Positions 1 to 12,970 of a stretch of 64,000 nucleotides of DNA are shown piece after piece; within the stretch, counting starts at the first letter, position 1; every line of letters begins with the position of its first letter. The DNA comes from Felis catus (taxonomy: Eukaryota). The stretch covers positions 12,526,001-12,590,000 of the forward strand of contig NC_058369.1 in NCBI RefSeq assembly GCF_018350175.1. The letters run 5' to 3'. The translations under genes and the position numbers were made by a program. Below the pieces are notes generated by a model. It did no database searches. It saw only the letters and a program-made list of their open reading frames with translations, and was not told where the DNA came from.

Positions 1-561
1 TGTGAGTTTGAGCCCCACATCGGGCTCTGTGCTGACAGCTCTGAGCCTGGAGCCTGCTTCCGATTCTGTGTCTCCCTCTCTCCGCCCCTCCCCTGCTCAT
101 GCCCTCTCTCTCTCTTTCAAAAATAAATAAACAACAACAACAAAAATAATGACTAAATCAGCACTATTCTTGGTGCGAGCCCCAGACCAGCAGTCTTAGC
201 ATCACCTGGGAGCTTTTTGGAAATGTGAGCTCGTGGGCCCCACCTGAACCTACTGAATCAGAACTTCTGGAGGCAGACCCCAGCCGTATGGGTTTTTTGA
301 GCCCCCGGGAAACTTTGGCAAACTGGAGTCCTCTGGCCAAATTTGGCCCACTGCTTGTTTTTGTAAATAAAGTTTTATTGGAACACATTTGAGGGCATTC
401 GTAACCATATTATCTATGGTTACGCCAGGTGACTCCGGCACACGTTAAGTGTGAGAATCAATATCCGTACCCCCTGAATATGTCTCTCAAGTGTCTCCAC
501 TCAGGCCAGCTGATCACACAATGATGACCATGCTGTCTTCCCATCTCCCCCACTTTTTCAG

Positions 562-1834
562 TCATCGAGTGGGAGATAGACCGGGGCCTGTTGAGCTTGA
601 CGGATGGAGACCGGGGGGCAACCATCTTCTTGAGAGAGATCCAAGACCTCAACAAACACATCCTGGAAGACTGCGCCCTCAAGATGGTGGACCGGCTCCC
701 AGATGGCTGCCTGGACACAGACGCCCAGAACCTTCTCCGTGGCCTCAAAGGACGCATTGCTGACGTGCAACCGGGAGTTCTCAGGGCTCACCACCTGCCG
801 TGGAGCCGAGACCTGGTGAACCCTAAAAACAAGGCTCATGCTCGCTACCTGAAGGAGCTGGGGGAACAGTTTGTGGCCAGGGCTAGCCACCAGGTCCTGG
901 AGCACCTCCGGGAGCTGGAGGCGGGCAGGCAGGAGTTGGCGTGGCTCTATCAGGAGATCCGCCACCACCTGGGGCTGAGTGCCGAGGCCAATCGGACTTT
1001 CTGTGGGCGCCAGGAGCTCCTGGCCCAGCTGGGGCAGCGGCTCCAGCAGAGCGACAGCCACCCCCACTCTCCCCTGGTGCTCTTTGGGCCCCCCGGCATC
1101 GGAAAGACAGCTCTGATGTGCAAACTGGCGGAACAAATGCCAGGCCTGCTTGGCCGCAAGACGGTGACCGTCCTGCGGCTTCTGGGAGCGTCACAGATGA
1201 GCTCCGACGCCCGAGGCCTGCTCCAGAGCATCTGCGCCCAGGTGTGCCTGGCCTACGGGTTGCCCCTGCCCCCTGCCCAGGTCCTGGAGGCCCACGCCAG
1301 GGTGGTGCAGTTTTTCCACACCCTCCTCCACACCGTCTCCTGCCGCAACTTCGAGTCCCTTGTGATCCTGTTGGATTCCATGGACGATGTGGATTCCATC
1401 TGCCGCGCCCGGAGGGTCCCCTGGCTGCCTCCCAAATGCCCCCCGAGGATCCACCTTATCCTCTCAGCCTGCTCAGGGCGCCAGGGGATTCTAGACACCG
1501 TGCGACAGACGCTGACGGACCCGGAGGCCTACTGGGAGGTGAAACCCCTCTCCGGAAACCAAGGGCAAGAGATGATCCAGCTCCTGCTGGCCGCCTCGAG
1601 GAGGACGCTGAGCCCAGGGCAGAGGGAACTGCTCTGGGCCAGCCTCCCAGAGTGCGGGCACCCAGGGCGGCTGAGGCTGGCCTTCGAGGAGGCCCGGAAA
1701 TGGGCCTCCTTCACCATACCTGCCCCCCTGGCCTCCACTGCCAAGGAAGCCATGCACCAACTGTGTGCCCGCCTGGAGCAGACACACGGGCAGGTCCTGG
1801 TGGCCCACGTGCTGGGCTACATCGCGTCTTCCCG
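562..1834 (+). CDS. NWD1: NWD1 large internal exon encoding the NACHT NTPase domain
   Basis: Acceptor tttttcag|TC, donor CG|gtaagt. Translates IEWEIDRGLLS...GYIASSR with Walker A GPPGIGKT (1086-1109) and Walker B LVILLDSMDD. Matches mammalian NWD1 as I recall it. The N-terminal exons lie upstream of the window. Confidence 0.95.
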
Positions 1835-1879
1835 GTAAGTCTCTGTTGTTACGCTCTGTTGTTTAGTTATTGACACAGA

Positions 1880-2278
1880 AGGCATGGCTTCTGATGGCTT
1901 AGAGCAGAGATTTGCTCCCTCACAGTTCCGGAGGCCAGAGTGTAAAGTCCAGGCGTCAGCAGGGCCGCGCTCCCTCTGAGGGCACCAGGGGAGAATCCGT
2001 TCTGGGCTCTTCTCTTAGCTCCTGGTGTTGCTAGCAACCCGTGGCCTGTAGACGCATCGTGTCAACCTCTGCCTCCGCCTTCTCGGGGCCTCCTCCCTGG
2101 GTGTCTTTCTGTGTGACTTTTCCTCTTCCTGTAAGGACACCACTCACGGGCTCAGGGCCCACTCTGATCTCATATGACCGCACTGTATGTTCATTCCTTC
2201 TCTACAGACTGTTTTCAAATAAGGTCCCGTTCACGGGCTCTAGGTGGGCGTGAACTTGGGGACACTATTCAACCCAGC
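1880..2278. mobile_element. MLT1-type (MaLR) LTR remnant
   Basis: ctcacagttccggaggccagag...ggggacactattcaaccca; related remnants at about 7500-8025, 41140-41700, 56050-56630 and 58425-58945. Confidence 0.6.
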
Positions 2279-2849
2279 GCAATTCATGTATTAAAATGTT
2301 CACAGGTTTTTGGGGTTTTTTTTAGTTTATTTATTTTGAGAGAGAGAGAGAGAGAGAGAGAGAGCATACGCATACACACGAGTGAGGGCAGGAGGGAGGG
2401 AGGGGCAGAGAGAAGGAGGGAAAGAGAGAATCCCAAGCAGGCTCTGTGCTGCCAGCATAGACCCCAATGTGGGGCTCGAACTCACCAACTGTGAGATCAT
2501 GACTTGAGCCGAAACCAAGAGTCGGACACTCAACCGACGGAGCCACTGAGGGGCCCCTGAAGTTCACTCTTGTAACGTGTACAAGAGTTCAGTGGCATTT
2601 AGGACATTCACAGTGTGGTGCAACCACTATCCATCTCCAGAACATTCCCACCACCCCAAAGGGAAACCCCACCCCCATTAGCAGTCACTCCCCAGCCCCA
2701 GCCCCTGGCAGCTACCTACCTGCTTCCTGTCTCCATGGATCTGCCTATGGTATTTCTTTTGTACAGTTTTTACTTTGAAATACGTTGAAATTATAGACTA
2801 GTAGAGGAATTCCCATAGTACAAAACAGTGCAAAAAATGCCCACACATG

Positions 2850-3057
2850 AGGGTTTCTCAGTCTTGGCACTGTTGATATTTGGGGCTGCATCATCGGTAT
2901 GTGGGGGCCATCCTATACACCATAGGAAGCTGCGCAGCATTCCTGGCCTTGACCTTGGATACTAGTAGTGCCCCCCAGCTGTGACAACCAAAAATGTCTC
3001 AGAGTATTGCCAAGAGTCCCCTGCAGGCAGAATAGGCCCTAGTTGAGAGCTACTGCT
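2850..3057. mobile_element. MER20-like hAT DNA transposon remnant
   Basis: ggtttctcagtcttggcact...gtgacaaccaaaaatgtctc...gttgagagctactg; related copies at about 6230-6445, 12385-12520, 12685-12870 and 63125-63295. Confidence 0.6.
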
Positions 3058-3138
3058 GTATGTCCTTCCCCCAGAATCACAGATTTGCCACATCAGCTTT
3101 CTCTCTCCCTGTCTCCCTTCCTCTCTTCCTCTAGCTTA

Positions 3139-3259
3139 CTATCTATCTATCATCTATCTGTCCATGTGTCTATCTGTCCATGTGTCTATCTATCCGTCCA
3201 TGTGTCTATCTATCTATCATCTATCTATCCGTCCATGTGTCTATCTGTCCGTGTGTCTG

Positions 3260-3309
<50 letters not shown>

Positions 3310-3410
3310 CATGTGTCTATCTATCCATCCGTCCATGTGTCTATCTATCCGTCCAAGTGTCTATCTATCTATCATCTATCTATCCGTCCATGTGTCTATC
3401 CGTGTGTCTG

Positions 3411-3456
<46 letters not shown>

Positions 3457-3766
3457 CATGTGTCTATCTATCCATCCGTCCATGTGTCTATCTATCCGTC
3501 CATGTGTCTATCTATCCATCCATGTATCTATCTATCCATGCAATGCATCTATCTATCCATCCATCCGTCCATGCGTCTATCTATCTATCATCTATCTATC
3601 CGTCCATGTGTCTGTCTATCTATCCGTCCATGTGTCTATCTATCTGTCCGTGTGTCTGTCTGTCTATGTATCTATCTATCTATCTATCCGTCCATGTGTC
3701 TATCTGTCCATGTGTCTATCTATCTATCTATCTATCTATCCGTCCATGTGTCTATCTGTCCATGTG

Positions 3767-3812
<46 letters not shown>

Positions 3813-3822
3813 CGTCCATGTG

Positions 3823-3868
<46 letters not shown>

Positions 3869-4030
3869 CATGTGTCTATCTATCCATCCGTCCATGTGTC
3901 TATCTATCCGTCCATGTGTCTATCTATCTATCTATCATCTATCTATCCATCCATGTGTCTATCTATCCATCCATGTATCTATCTATCCATGCAATGCATC
4001 TATCTATCTATCCATCCATCTGTCCATGCG

Positions 4031-4076
<46 letters not shown>

Positions 4077-4106
4077 CGTCCATGTGTCTATCTATCTGTC
4101 CGTCTG

Positions 4107-4150
<44 letters not shown>

Positions 4151-4169
4151 CCTACCTATCTATCCATGC

Positions 4170-4212
<43 letters not shown>

Positions 4213-4320
4213 CATCCATGTGTCTATCTATCTATCTATCTCAGTATCTAACTCAGTATCTATCTCCATATCTATCTCTGTATCTATCTATCTACACACA
4301 CATACACCCACACACACACA
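3139..4320. repeat. Compound (TCTA)n / TCCATGTG microsatellite array with higher-order duplication
   Basis: About 1.2 kb of TCTA/TCCA/TCTG units interspersed with CCATGTG, ending in (CA)n. Confidence 0.95.
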
Positions 4321-6725
4321 GAGTTTTTTCCCTGAGCCATTTGAGAATTCATTACAGGCATAATATCCCTTTACCCTTAAATATTTCACGTATTTCTTAA
4401 GAACAAGGACAGCCAGAACCCCACGTCACCACAGGACAAGTACAAGATTCAGGAAGTGTATCATAGATGCAATTATATTATTTAATACACAGTTTATAAT
4501 GAAAATTTGCCAACTGTCTAAAAAATGTCCTCTATAGCTCCCCCCCTCCACCTTGTCCCCAATCCAGGATCCCAACCAGGATCCTGTGTTGCACTTAGTC
4601 GTCAAGATTCTTTGGTCTCCTTTAATTTGGAACATTCCACCATCAGTCTTTGTCCTTTTGAAGAGTCCAGGTCAGTTGTTTTGTAGATCAGCGCTCCTCC
4701 ACCCTCAGTGGGGGATAGGCACCTCGGTCCTTGTTTTCCTTGATTCCGCAGGTCTGGGGTGGGGCCTGGAATCCTGTGTTTCTCCCTGGCGACTCTGAAG
4801 CTGCTGGTCCAGGGACCACACCTGAGCTGGGGCAGTTTGTAGCGTGTTCCTCCACCTGGCTTGGTCTGATGTTTCCTCGTGATTACATTCAGGTTCAACC
4901 TGAGAGATACTCAGCCCTTCTTGGGCACGGATTATCTTTCCCATTGTAAATTTGCAAGCTCCTCTTGCAAATTCATGGGAGAATACATGGGGAGATCTCC
5001 GAAAAACCTTTTTACAGCCCAATGCTCTGAGGGATTGACTACCAGCACGCATCTACCCTTAATCCCAAGCTTGTGGCATGCGAATCCACAAGGAAGCAAA
5101 TAGGAAAATCCAATTCAGTGTGTTTGTAGAGTTTGAAGGACAGAATGCTTAAAGGCGGAAAGTCTCAGCTGCACGCTGTGATGTCATGATGGTCAAGAGC
5201 AGGACAGAGGAGTATGTCTGTCACACGCACCCAGCAGCCAGACTCCAGCCCCCAGGAGAGTAGAACAGAGGCCAGCTGGCAGACACACAGGCAGAAAGCT
5301 TTGCCTTGATGCAAACGGCCGTCGGAAACACACTCAAGACCACCGTCAGAGGTGCCGGACAGAGAGGTCTCCCCTCTTCAGTTTCCTGGGTGATTTTTTC
5401 TTCTAGACCTTTGTTTGCCCTTTGCCCCTTGCCCCAAATCAGTCAAGATGGCAGTGATCAGGCCAGTGAGGGTCTGTTTGTTTCGTTTCCAGGCACAGAA
5501 TCCCACTCTTGCTAGTGTGTAAGAAATAGGGCTTTATAAGGCCACGGGAAGAGCTCAGGGAATCCAGGGCCACCCAATTTCCAACTCCAGGGGGGCAAAT
5601 CCCAGCTTTCATGTCACACCCCAGATTTTGTGACTGGTGCTTGCCACCCTCCCCACCCCCCCCCCCCAGCAGAGTGGAGGCTGGGCCTGCTTCTATAAGA
5701 GTACAAAGACAGACTGGGGAATGTTCCAGAAATAAGTGGTGGGCCACCAGGCCAACCTGACACAGCAGTCTACATGGAGGAGGTGGGTTGTCATGGGAAC
5801 CAGAAAGCCATGAGAGACAGAACGGACCTCTGGGTCTTCTCTGCCCGTTGGCTTCTGTTCTGGACTCTTCCTTTGTCCTTCTCCCCCACCCCTACCCCGC
5901 CCCCACCCCAGAACTTTCGCTTGCCTCAAGCTTCCATTGGCATCATTAGCTCCCATCTTAGAGAACTGGCAGCATCATACTGGCTCCTTCTGGAGTCCTG
6001 ATTCCAAAATCTGGGGAGACAGAAATAATCGGCCTGCTTGGCCCCACGTCTGGCCTAATTAGCAAAGCCCCGTGGGGTGTAGGACCTGCCGTCCCAGGGG
6101 CAGGAGGTTTATGGAGGGAGGGTGCCTGCCGGGGCTGTGATTTCGGGACCTCTCACTGCATGAAAACAGGCCAGTGTGCTGTGATGGTTGAGAGCCTGGC
6201 CCTTGGAGCAGAGCTGAGTCCTTCTAGACCAGTGGAGATTCTGGGGAGATTCTGCCCCCAGGGGACACTGGCCCATGTGCAGGGACATTTCTGGTTGTCA
6301 TAACTTGGCGGGGGGAGCTGCTGGCATCGAGTGAGTGGAGACCAGGGATGCCACTCAGCACCCTGCAGTGCACAAGGACGGTCCCCACCGCAGACGATGA
6401 TGGAGCCCCCGGTGTCGGCAGTGACGGGGCGAGAAACCCTGCCTAAGCATGAGAGAGACCCTGTCTGCTGTCTGTTTCCATCTGTCTCTCTTTTTTTTTT
6501 AATGTTTTTTTTTTTTTTTTTGAGAGGGAGAAAGAGAGAAAGAGCAGGAGAGGGGTAGAGGGAGAGTGAGAGAGAGAATCCCATGCAGGCTCCACGCTGT
6601 CAACCCAGAGCCCAACGTGGGACTCGATCCCACGACCATAAGATCACGACCTAAGCTGAAATCAATAGTCAGATGCTCAACCGACTGAGCCACCCAGGCT
6701 CCCCTCCAGCCACCTATCTATCTTC

Positions 6726-6726
<1 letters not shown>

Positions 6727-6766
<40 letters not shown>

Positions 6767-6810
6767 ATCTCTCATTCTCTTTTTCTATATATATGTATGT
6801 ACATATATAT

Positions 6811-6880
<70 letters not shown>
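6727..6880. repeat. (TCTA)n, (CA)n and (TA)n microsatellites
   Basis: Seen directly. Confidence 0.9.
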
Positions 6881-6881
<1 letters not shown>

Positions 6882-7051
6882 AACTCCTCTCAGAGCACCT
6901 GAGTGGCTCAGTCAGCTAAGCATCCGACTCTTGATTTCATTGGTTTGGGCTCAGGTCATGATCTCGAGGTTTGTGAGTTGGAGCCCCTCGTCAAGCTCTG
7001 CGGAGCCTGCTTGGGATTCTCGCTCTCCCACTCTCTGCCCCTCCCCCACTT

Positions 7052-7094
<43 letters not shown>

Positions 7095-9799
7095 ATAAAC
7101 TTAAAAACAAATCTCCTCCATCTACCTATCTTCCTCTGTCTCTGTCATGCTACTGGCTTCTAATGGGTGGAGACCAGGGATGCTGCTAAATGTCCCACGG
7201 CACACAGAGCAGTACTCACGACAAAGAGTGATCCGACCCCAAATGTCAGCAGTGTGAGGCCGAGAAACACGGTGCCTTCCCCACGCCTCCTCTGTGCAGC
7301 GCCTGGCATCCATTACTCTACCCGTGGCTTTCTGGGTCCTGTTCTAGACGTTCCAAGGAAATGCAATCATAAGATAGGTGGTTTTTTGTAACCGATTTCT
7401 TTCCTTTAGGGTTCTGTTTCCAAAGCTCATCTGGTGCTGCAGCACATGCAGGGCTCTCTTTCTTCACGTGGCCGAAGAATATTCTATTGTGTGGATACAA
7501 CCCTGTCTCAGGGTTGCTGTAACGAAAAATACCATAGAATGGGAGGCTGCTTTTTTAATGTTTATTTATTTATTTTTGAGGAGGGGGAGGAGAGAGAATC
7601 CCAAGCAGGCTCCACGCTATCTGCACAGAGCCCGATGCGGGGCTCGAGCCCACAAACCTCAAGATCCTTTAAAAACCAAAGAAACCAAGGGTCGAACGCT
7701 CAACTGACTGAGCCACCAGGTGCCCCTAGAGTTGGGAGGGGCTTCTAAATTTATTTCTTACAGTTCTGGAGGCTGGAGAGTCCAAGGTTAAGGTGCTGGC
7801 AGATATGGTGTCTGCTGAGAGCTCTCTCCCTGGTTCATCTTCTGGCTGTGTCCTCACATGGCAAGGGATAAGGGAGCTCTCGGGAGCATTAACCCCGTTC
7901 ATGGGGTTCCATGTTCATGACCCAATCACCTCCCAAATGCCCTGCTCCCTAATACCGTCACCTTGGGGGATTAGGCCCTCAACGTATGGATTTGCCCTAG
8001 AGACACATCCCCCGTCCACAGCAACCACATTTTGTTCATCCGCTCGTCTGTTCAAGGATATCTGGACAGTTTCCACCTTCTGGCTGTCGTGAACCAGGCT
8101 GATCTGAATAAGCGTGTGCAAGTTGTGGTTTGAACACCTGTCTGGAGTGAGATTTGAAAACCATAAATCTGATTCCGTTTCTGCCCCGAGTAACTCTTCC
8201 AAGGACTTCCCCTGGCTTTGAGGAAAGTATCCAAACTCCTTGCCAAGGCCTGCTGGATCTGGCTGCCTTCCACCCCCCCTGCCCCAGATCTCACGCCGGC
8301 CCCTTCCCTGCCACCCGACCCAGCTGCAGTGGCGCCTTCTCAGAGGGACCCGCCTGCTCCCAGACCCCACTTGCTGCTCTATGTCATGTGACATGGGTTG
8401 CACTATTCTCTTCCTGGGAATCGGTGTTACCCAACCTCTCTGTGCTCTTTTCCTGTTATTTCCCACCTGGCTCTGGGAATGAGAAGACGAGCCATCCAAC
8501 TCGAGCCTGGAAGGAGGGGACCCAAGCTTGATTTGTACTGAGGGTGCGTCAAAGAATGGGAAAGAAGCTTCTGCCCTGAAGGAGGGGGTTTTCTGGAGGA
8601 GCCACAGGAGGGGTGCTATCAAGCGGACGGCCCCTCCCCCTCCCCCCCCCCCCCCCCGGGTGTGGCTCCCAGGAATTCTGGTTTGGAGAAAACTGTCAAG
8701 ACAAGAAAGCAGGTTGGGGGGGGTGGGTGGCATGGCTTCATCTGGAGGGGGAGTGTGGAGTCGAACCCCAGAGACATTCCAGCTGTGATCGTCAAAGATG
8801 ATTGTGCTTGCAGAAGGGAGCCCAGGGGACGCCTCACCTTGTCGTATACTAGAGAACGCTACGTGAGCAGGTGTCTATACATATGAAGAATGTGGCAGGT
8901 GTTCTGATCGGAAGGAAGGCTTCGGGGCGCCTGGGGGGCTCAGTCGGTTGAGCATGCGACTTCGGCTCAGGTGATGATCTCACGGTTCATGAGTTTGAGC
9001 CCCGCGTCAGGCTCTGTGTTGACGGCTCAGAGCCTGGAGCCTGCTTCCGATTCTGTCTCTGTCTTTCTCTCTCTCTCTGTCCCTCCCCCACTCGTGCTCT
9101 GTCTCTCTCTCTCAAAAATAAAAATAAACATTACAAAAATTAAAAAAAAGAGAGAGAGCCAGGAAGACTTCCAGTCCACATCAGAGAACTAAACCCGCAC
9201 TCACACACGAGGTGTGTGTACCCCACAAGGTGCACCCAGAAGCCAGCCTGCCTCTTTCCCTTGCTCTAAGGGGAACCCTGTTGCCCTCCCAGAAGAAGCG
9301 TGCAGGCCAATCTCCAGCTCTTCCAGCCTGATGCTCTCAGGCATCATCAGGCATCAGTCCTTCGGGTCCAGCACCAAAACTTCATCACCCACCCCCTTTA
9401 GGGCCGCTTCCTTCCTCTCGCTCTGTCCTTTCTCGGGCCAGGAAACACAGGCAAGGCTGGCGTGGGCACATGTGGTGCCTGCGTTGCCTTTCTAAATCAC
9501 CTGCTGTCTCCCTCCCTATGCTGCCTGACTCGTCTGAGGCTGGGGAGAGCCTGGTCCGTGGCTCTGTTAGGTGTGTGTGCAGAAGGAAAGGTCAGGAAGG
9601 TCTTCTGCGATGGGCACGGCTGTACCCGGGCACCGGTACCTGCTAGGCACCATCCCAATGCCGTCCCTCAGAGCGAACCTTTTGGGGACGGGCAGGATGT
9701 TGTGCAGACAGCTGGCCACGTCTCTCTCCCTCTCTGGGCTGCTGTGTCCCCCAGCCACAGGAGACAGCGTGTTCCAGTGCCCGTCCCTCCTCCCCGCAG

Positions 9800-10003
9800 G
9801 CATGGGCTCTCAGAGGCAGAGCTGAAGGACGTCCTGTCCTTGGATGACGAGGTCCTGCAGGTGGTCTACCGGGACTGGACCCCGCCCAGCAAGGAGCTAC
9901 TGCGTTTTCCACCGCTGCTCTGGGTGAGGCTTCGCCGGGATCTGGGCCACTGCTTGGCCTGGCGGCCCGTGGACGGCTTCACGCTCCTGGCCATTGCCCA
10001 CAG
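9800..10003 (+). CDS. NWD1: NWD1 coding exon (HGLSEAELKDVLS...LAIAHR)
   Basis: ccccgcag|G ... AG|gtgggt; phase 2/2, in frame with the previous exon. Confidence 0.95.
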
Positions 10004-10432
10004 GTGGGTCCAGCGTGGCGGTAGCGCTCTCTGGGTGCCCGAGAGCGAGGACTCGCGCCTCGGGCTCCTCCTTGTTCCAGATCCTTCTTCTAACCCCGGT
10101 CCCAGCGAACCAGCGCAGCATTCAAGGGTTTCCACATCACCGACTCGGACACAACTAAGTTGTTTTTGAAACTGAGGATCGGGTCACATAACACAAAATT
10201 CACCATTTTCAAGGGTACAAATTCAGTAACATTTAGTGCATCCACAATGTTGGGTAACCAGCCTCTCTAAACAGTTCCAGAACAATTCCATCCGCCCCCC
10301 CAAAGGACACCTCGTTCCCATCAGCAGTCACTCCCTACTCCCCCAGCTCCTAGAACCTGCTAATCTGCCTTCTGTCTCCATGGATTTGCCTGATCTGGAC
10401 ATTTCATATATGTGGGATCAGACAGCACGTAT

Positions 10433-10694
10433 ACAGAAGGTGGGATGTCCCCTCAGCCTCTGAGCATGACTGGGGGTGGGGGGGGAACAGCAGATGAGGA
10501 ATATGCCCCCCACCCCCAACATTCCAGAGTGGGGGGAAAAAGAACACAATATTCAGGAGCATATGAGAACGGCCCCTGAACTCCTAGCCTCTCCCGCCAC
10601 CGGGCCTTTGCACATGCCATTCCCTTGCCCTGGAACACCGTCGTTTTCTGATACGGTTCACCACACAGACTCCTACTTAACCTCTGAGGCCCAG
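10433..10694 (+). repeat. Local direct duplication, derived copy of 11701-11971
   Basis: Near-identical ~265 bp copy that interrupts an old L1M-type fragment. Confidence 0.92.
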
Positions 10695-11384
10695 GCTTTT
10701 GTGTCTGGCTTCTTTCCTCAGCATCAAGGTTTGCAGGCTCATCCGTGTTGTAGTGTGAATCGGGGCTTCATTCCTTTTCACGGCTGAGAAATAACCCGTT
10801 GCATGGATGGACCACATTTTGTTTATCTGTGTGTCCATTGATGGACACTTGGGTTGTTTCTTGGGACTGTGATCAGTGCTGCCGTGAACATGTGTGCACA
10901 AGTGTTTGTTTGAATACCTGCTTTTGCTTCGTTTTGTTTTTAAGTAGGCTCCACACCAAGCGTGGGGCCCAGCTCAGGGCTTGAACTCGTGACCCTGAGA
11001 TCAAGACCTGAGCTGAGACCAAGAGCCCGACACCTAACCGACTGAGCCACGCGGGCGCCCCTGAACACCTATTTTTTAATTCTCTTGGTCTATACCTGGG
11101 AGTGGAGTTGCTGGGTCAGACAGTACCTTGTTTTATGTTTAACCTATTGAGAAACCCAAATGTTCCTTTTCCAAGTAACTTTATTAAAGGGGAAAGAAGA
11201 AAGATGGGCCAATTTATAGATAGATGTTAGGTAACCAATAGGACGGGTGGTCAGCGGAGGCAGTGAGCATCCGGCAGGGGCTCAGGAGGGACCCGCGTTT
11301 GGGAACAGCCTCCTGGAAGGCGGGTGGCCCCCCTCTGAGCTCACCAGTCGCCCAGGCCCAAGAGCCCGTGTCCCCTCTCTGCAG

Positions 11385-11544
11385 GCAGCTGGCCGAGGTG
11401 GTCCAAGAACGCTACCTGTCCGGGGTCGAGAGAGCCAAGAGGCACGGGGTCTTGGCTGACTTCTTCTCAGGGGCCTGGAGCCAGGGCACCAAGAAGCTCG
11501 TCACCCTGCCGCTCGTGGGGAAGCCCCTGAACCTGGACCGCATG
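11385..11544 (+). CDS. NWD1: NWD1 coding exon (QLAEVVQERYL...PLNLDRM)
   Basis: ctctgcag|G ... ATG|gtgagg; frame consistent. Confidence 0.93.
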
Positions 11545-11700
11545 GTGAGGTGTCTGCCTGGGGTCCCTGCTCTCTACCTGCAGTCTCCGCCCTGCCATGC
11601 AGGCAAGGTCAAGGCTGCCTGGCGAGGACCACCCGCTCCTTCCTTCCTTCTTTCTTTTCCACCCAGAATGCCATCCTGACCTTCTTCCTTTCCCTCCCCC

Positions 11701-11971
11701 ACAGAAGGTGGGATGTCCCCTCAGCCTCTGAGCATGACTGGGGTGGGGGGTGGGGAACAGCAGATGAGGAATATGTCCCCCATTCCATGCCCCAACATTC
11801 CAGAGCAGGGGGGAAAAGAATCACAATATTCAGGAGCATATGAGAACGGCCCCTGAACTCCTAGCCTCTCCCGCCACCGGGCCTTTGCACATGCCATTCC
11901 CTTGCCCTGGAACACCGTCGTTTTCTGATACGGTTCACCACACAGACTCCTACTTAACCTCTGAGGCCCAG
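11701..11971 (+). repeat. Local direct duplication, probable source copy
   Basis: acagaaggtggg...ctctgaggcccag shared with 10433-10694. Confidence 0.92.
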
Positions 11972-12174
11972 CTCCGATGTCCCTTGGATTCCCTGAGCCC
12001 CGCGTTCCTCCCTCTGCCCTGGCCCTGCCTGTGGTGGGTGTGGGACATCTGTGTCTGGAATTGTGTCCCCGTCCCCTCCAGTGTCACCTGTGCGTGGCTT
12101 GGCCCACGTTTGTGGAGCGAACGAATGAGCTTGGGTCATAGCAGCCTGGTTGTCGGCCCCCTCCTCCTCTGCAG

Positions 12175-12292
12175 GTGGCCCCTCAGCCCCTGTGGTTCTC
12201 GGACACGGTCGCAAATCTGCGAAAGCTGAAGGAGATGCCTCATCACCTGGTCCACTCAGGCCGCCTTGAAACGCTGAAGCAGGAGGTTCTGG
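12175..12292 (+). CDS. NWD1: NWD1 coding exon (VAPQPLWFS...KQEVL)
   Basis: ctctgcag|GTG ... G|gtgagg; frame consistent. Confidence 0.93.
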
Positions 12293-12970
12293 GTGAGGGT
12301 CGCACCCGTTTCGGAGGGGACTCAGTGGGTCCCAACCTTCCGCTGTGCTCCCGCATACGTCAGAATCCTCGACTCCGCTTAAGACAGTGGTTCTCACCAG
12401 GGGTCATTCTGTGCCCCCCCCCCCCACCACCAGCAGGGGACACGTGGCAATGTCCGGGGACGTTTTGGTTGTCACAGCTCAGGGAAGGGAGTGCTACTGG
12501 CATCTAGTCCCAGCTGATAGGGCAGACGTGACAAATGTGGCCTTAGAATGAGACCCTGTCTGTCCGTCTATCGTATCATATGACAGATACGATATGATAA
12601 TCTTTGTATTTAGCCGCCTATCACCCCTCTACCCATCCACCTTTCTATTTGTCTCTCTATCTATCCTTCTGTTCATCCCCGTGAGTCTCAACCAGGGGTG
12701 ATTCTGCACCCAGGAGACTTTTGGCAACGTTCGTGTTTTTGATGATCACCCCCGGGGAGGTGCTATGGCATCCGGTGGGTGGAGGCCAGAGGTGCTGGTC
12801 GGCCCCGCACTATGCACGGCCCCACCGCAGAGAATGACGCGGCCCCAAACCTCAGCAGTGTCGAGGCCGTGAACCCCCAGAGAAATGGAGAGGTGAGAAC
12901 CAGCCTCCAAGTATGAACTAGAAGGAAACATGTGCCCCTACAATACCCCCTCCCCCCTCCCTGCCCACAG

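Noticed and set aside
558..1873. Alternative-frame and antisense ORFs over the NACHT exon (941-1873 +, 558-1136 -)
   Set aside because: Expected shadows of a GC-rich coding exon; no recognisable homology.
3043..4400. Three overlapping ~400-aa ORFs (YLSI repeats)
   Set aside because: They are translations of the (TCTA)n array, which has no stop codons on this strand; no coding signature.
8381..8394. Near-palindrome atgtcatgtgacat (M-box/CLEAR-like)
   Set aside because: A single short motif is expected by chance in 64 kb, and I cannot assess conservation.
7915..8733. 272-aa minus-strand ORF
   Set aside because: Low-complexity G/C runs and repeat remnants; no domain or splice support.
8923..9000. 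tRNA-like A/B-box sequences here and at every SINE head
   Set aside because: These are tRNA-derived SINE heads followed by (CT)n and A tails, not tRNA genes.
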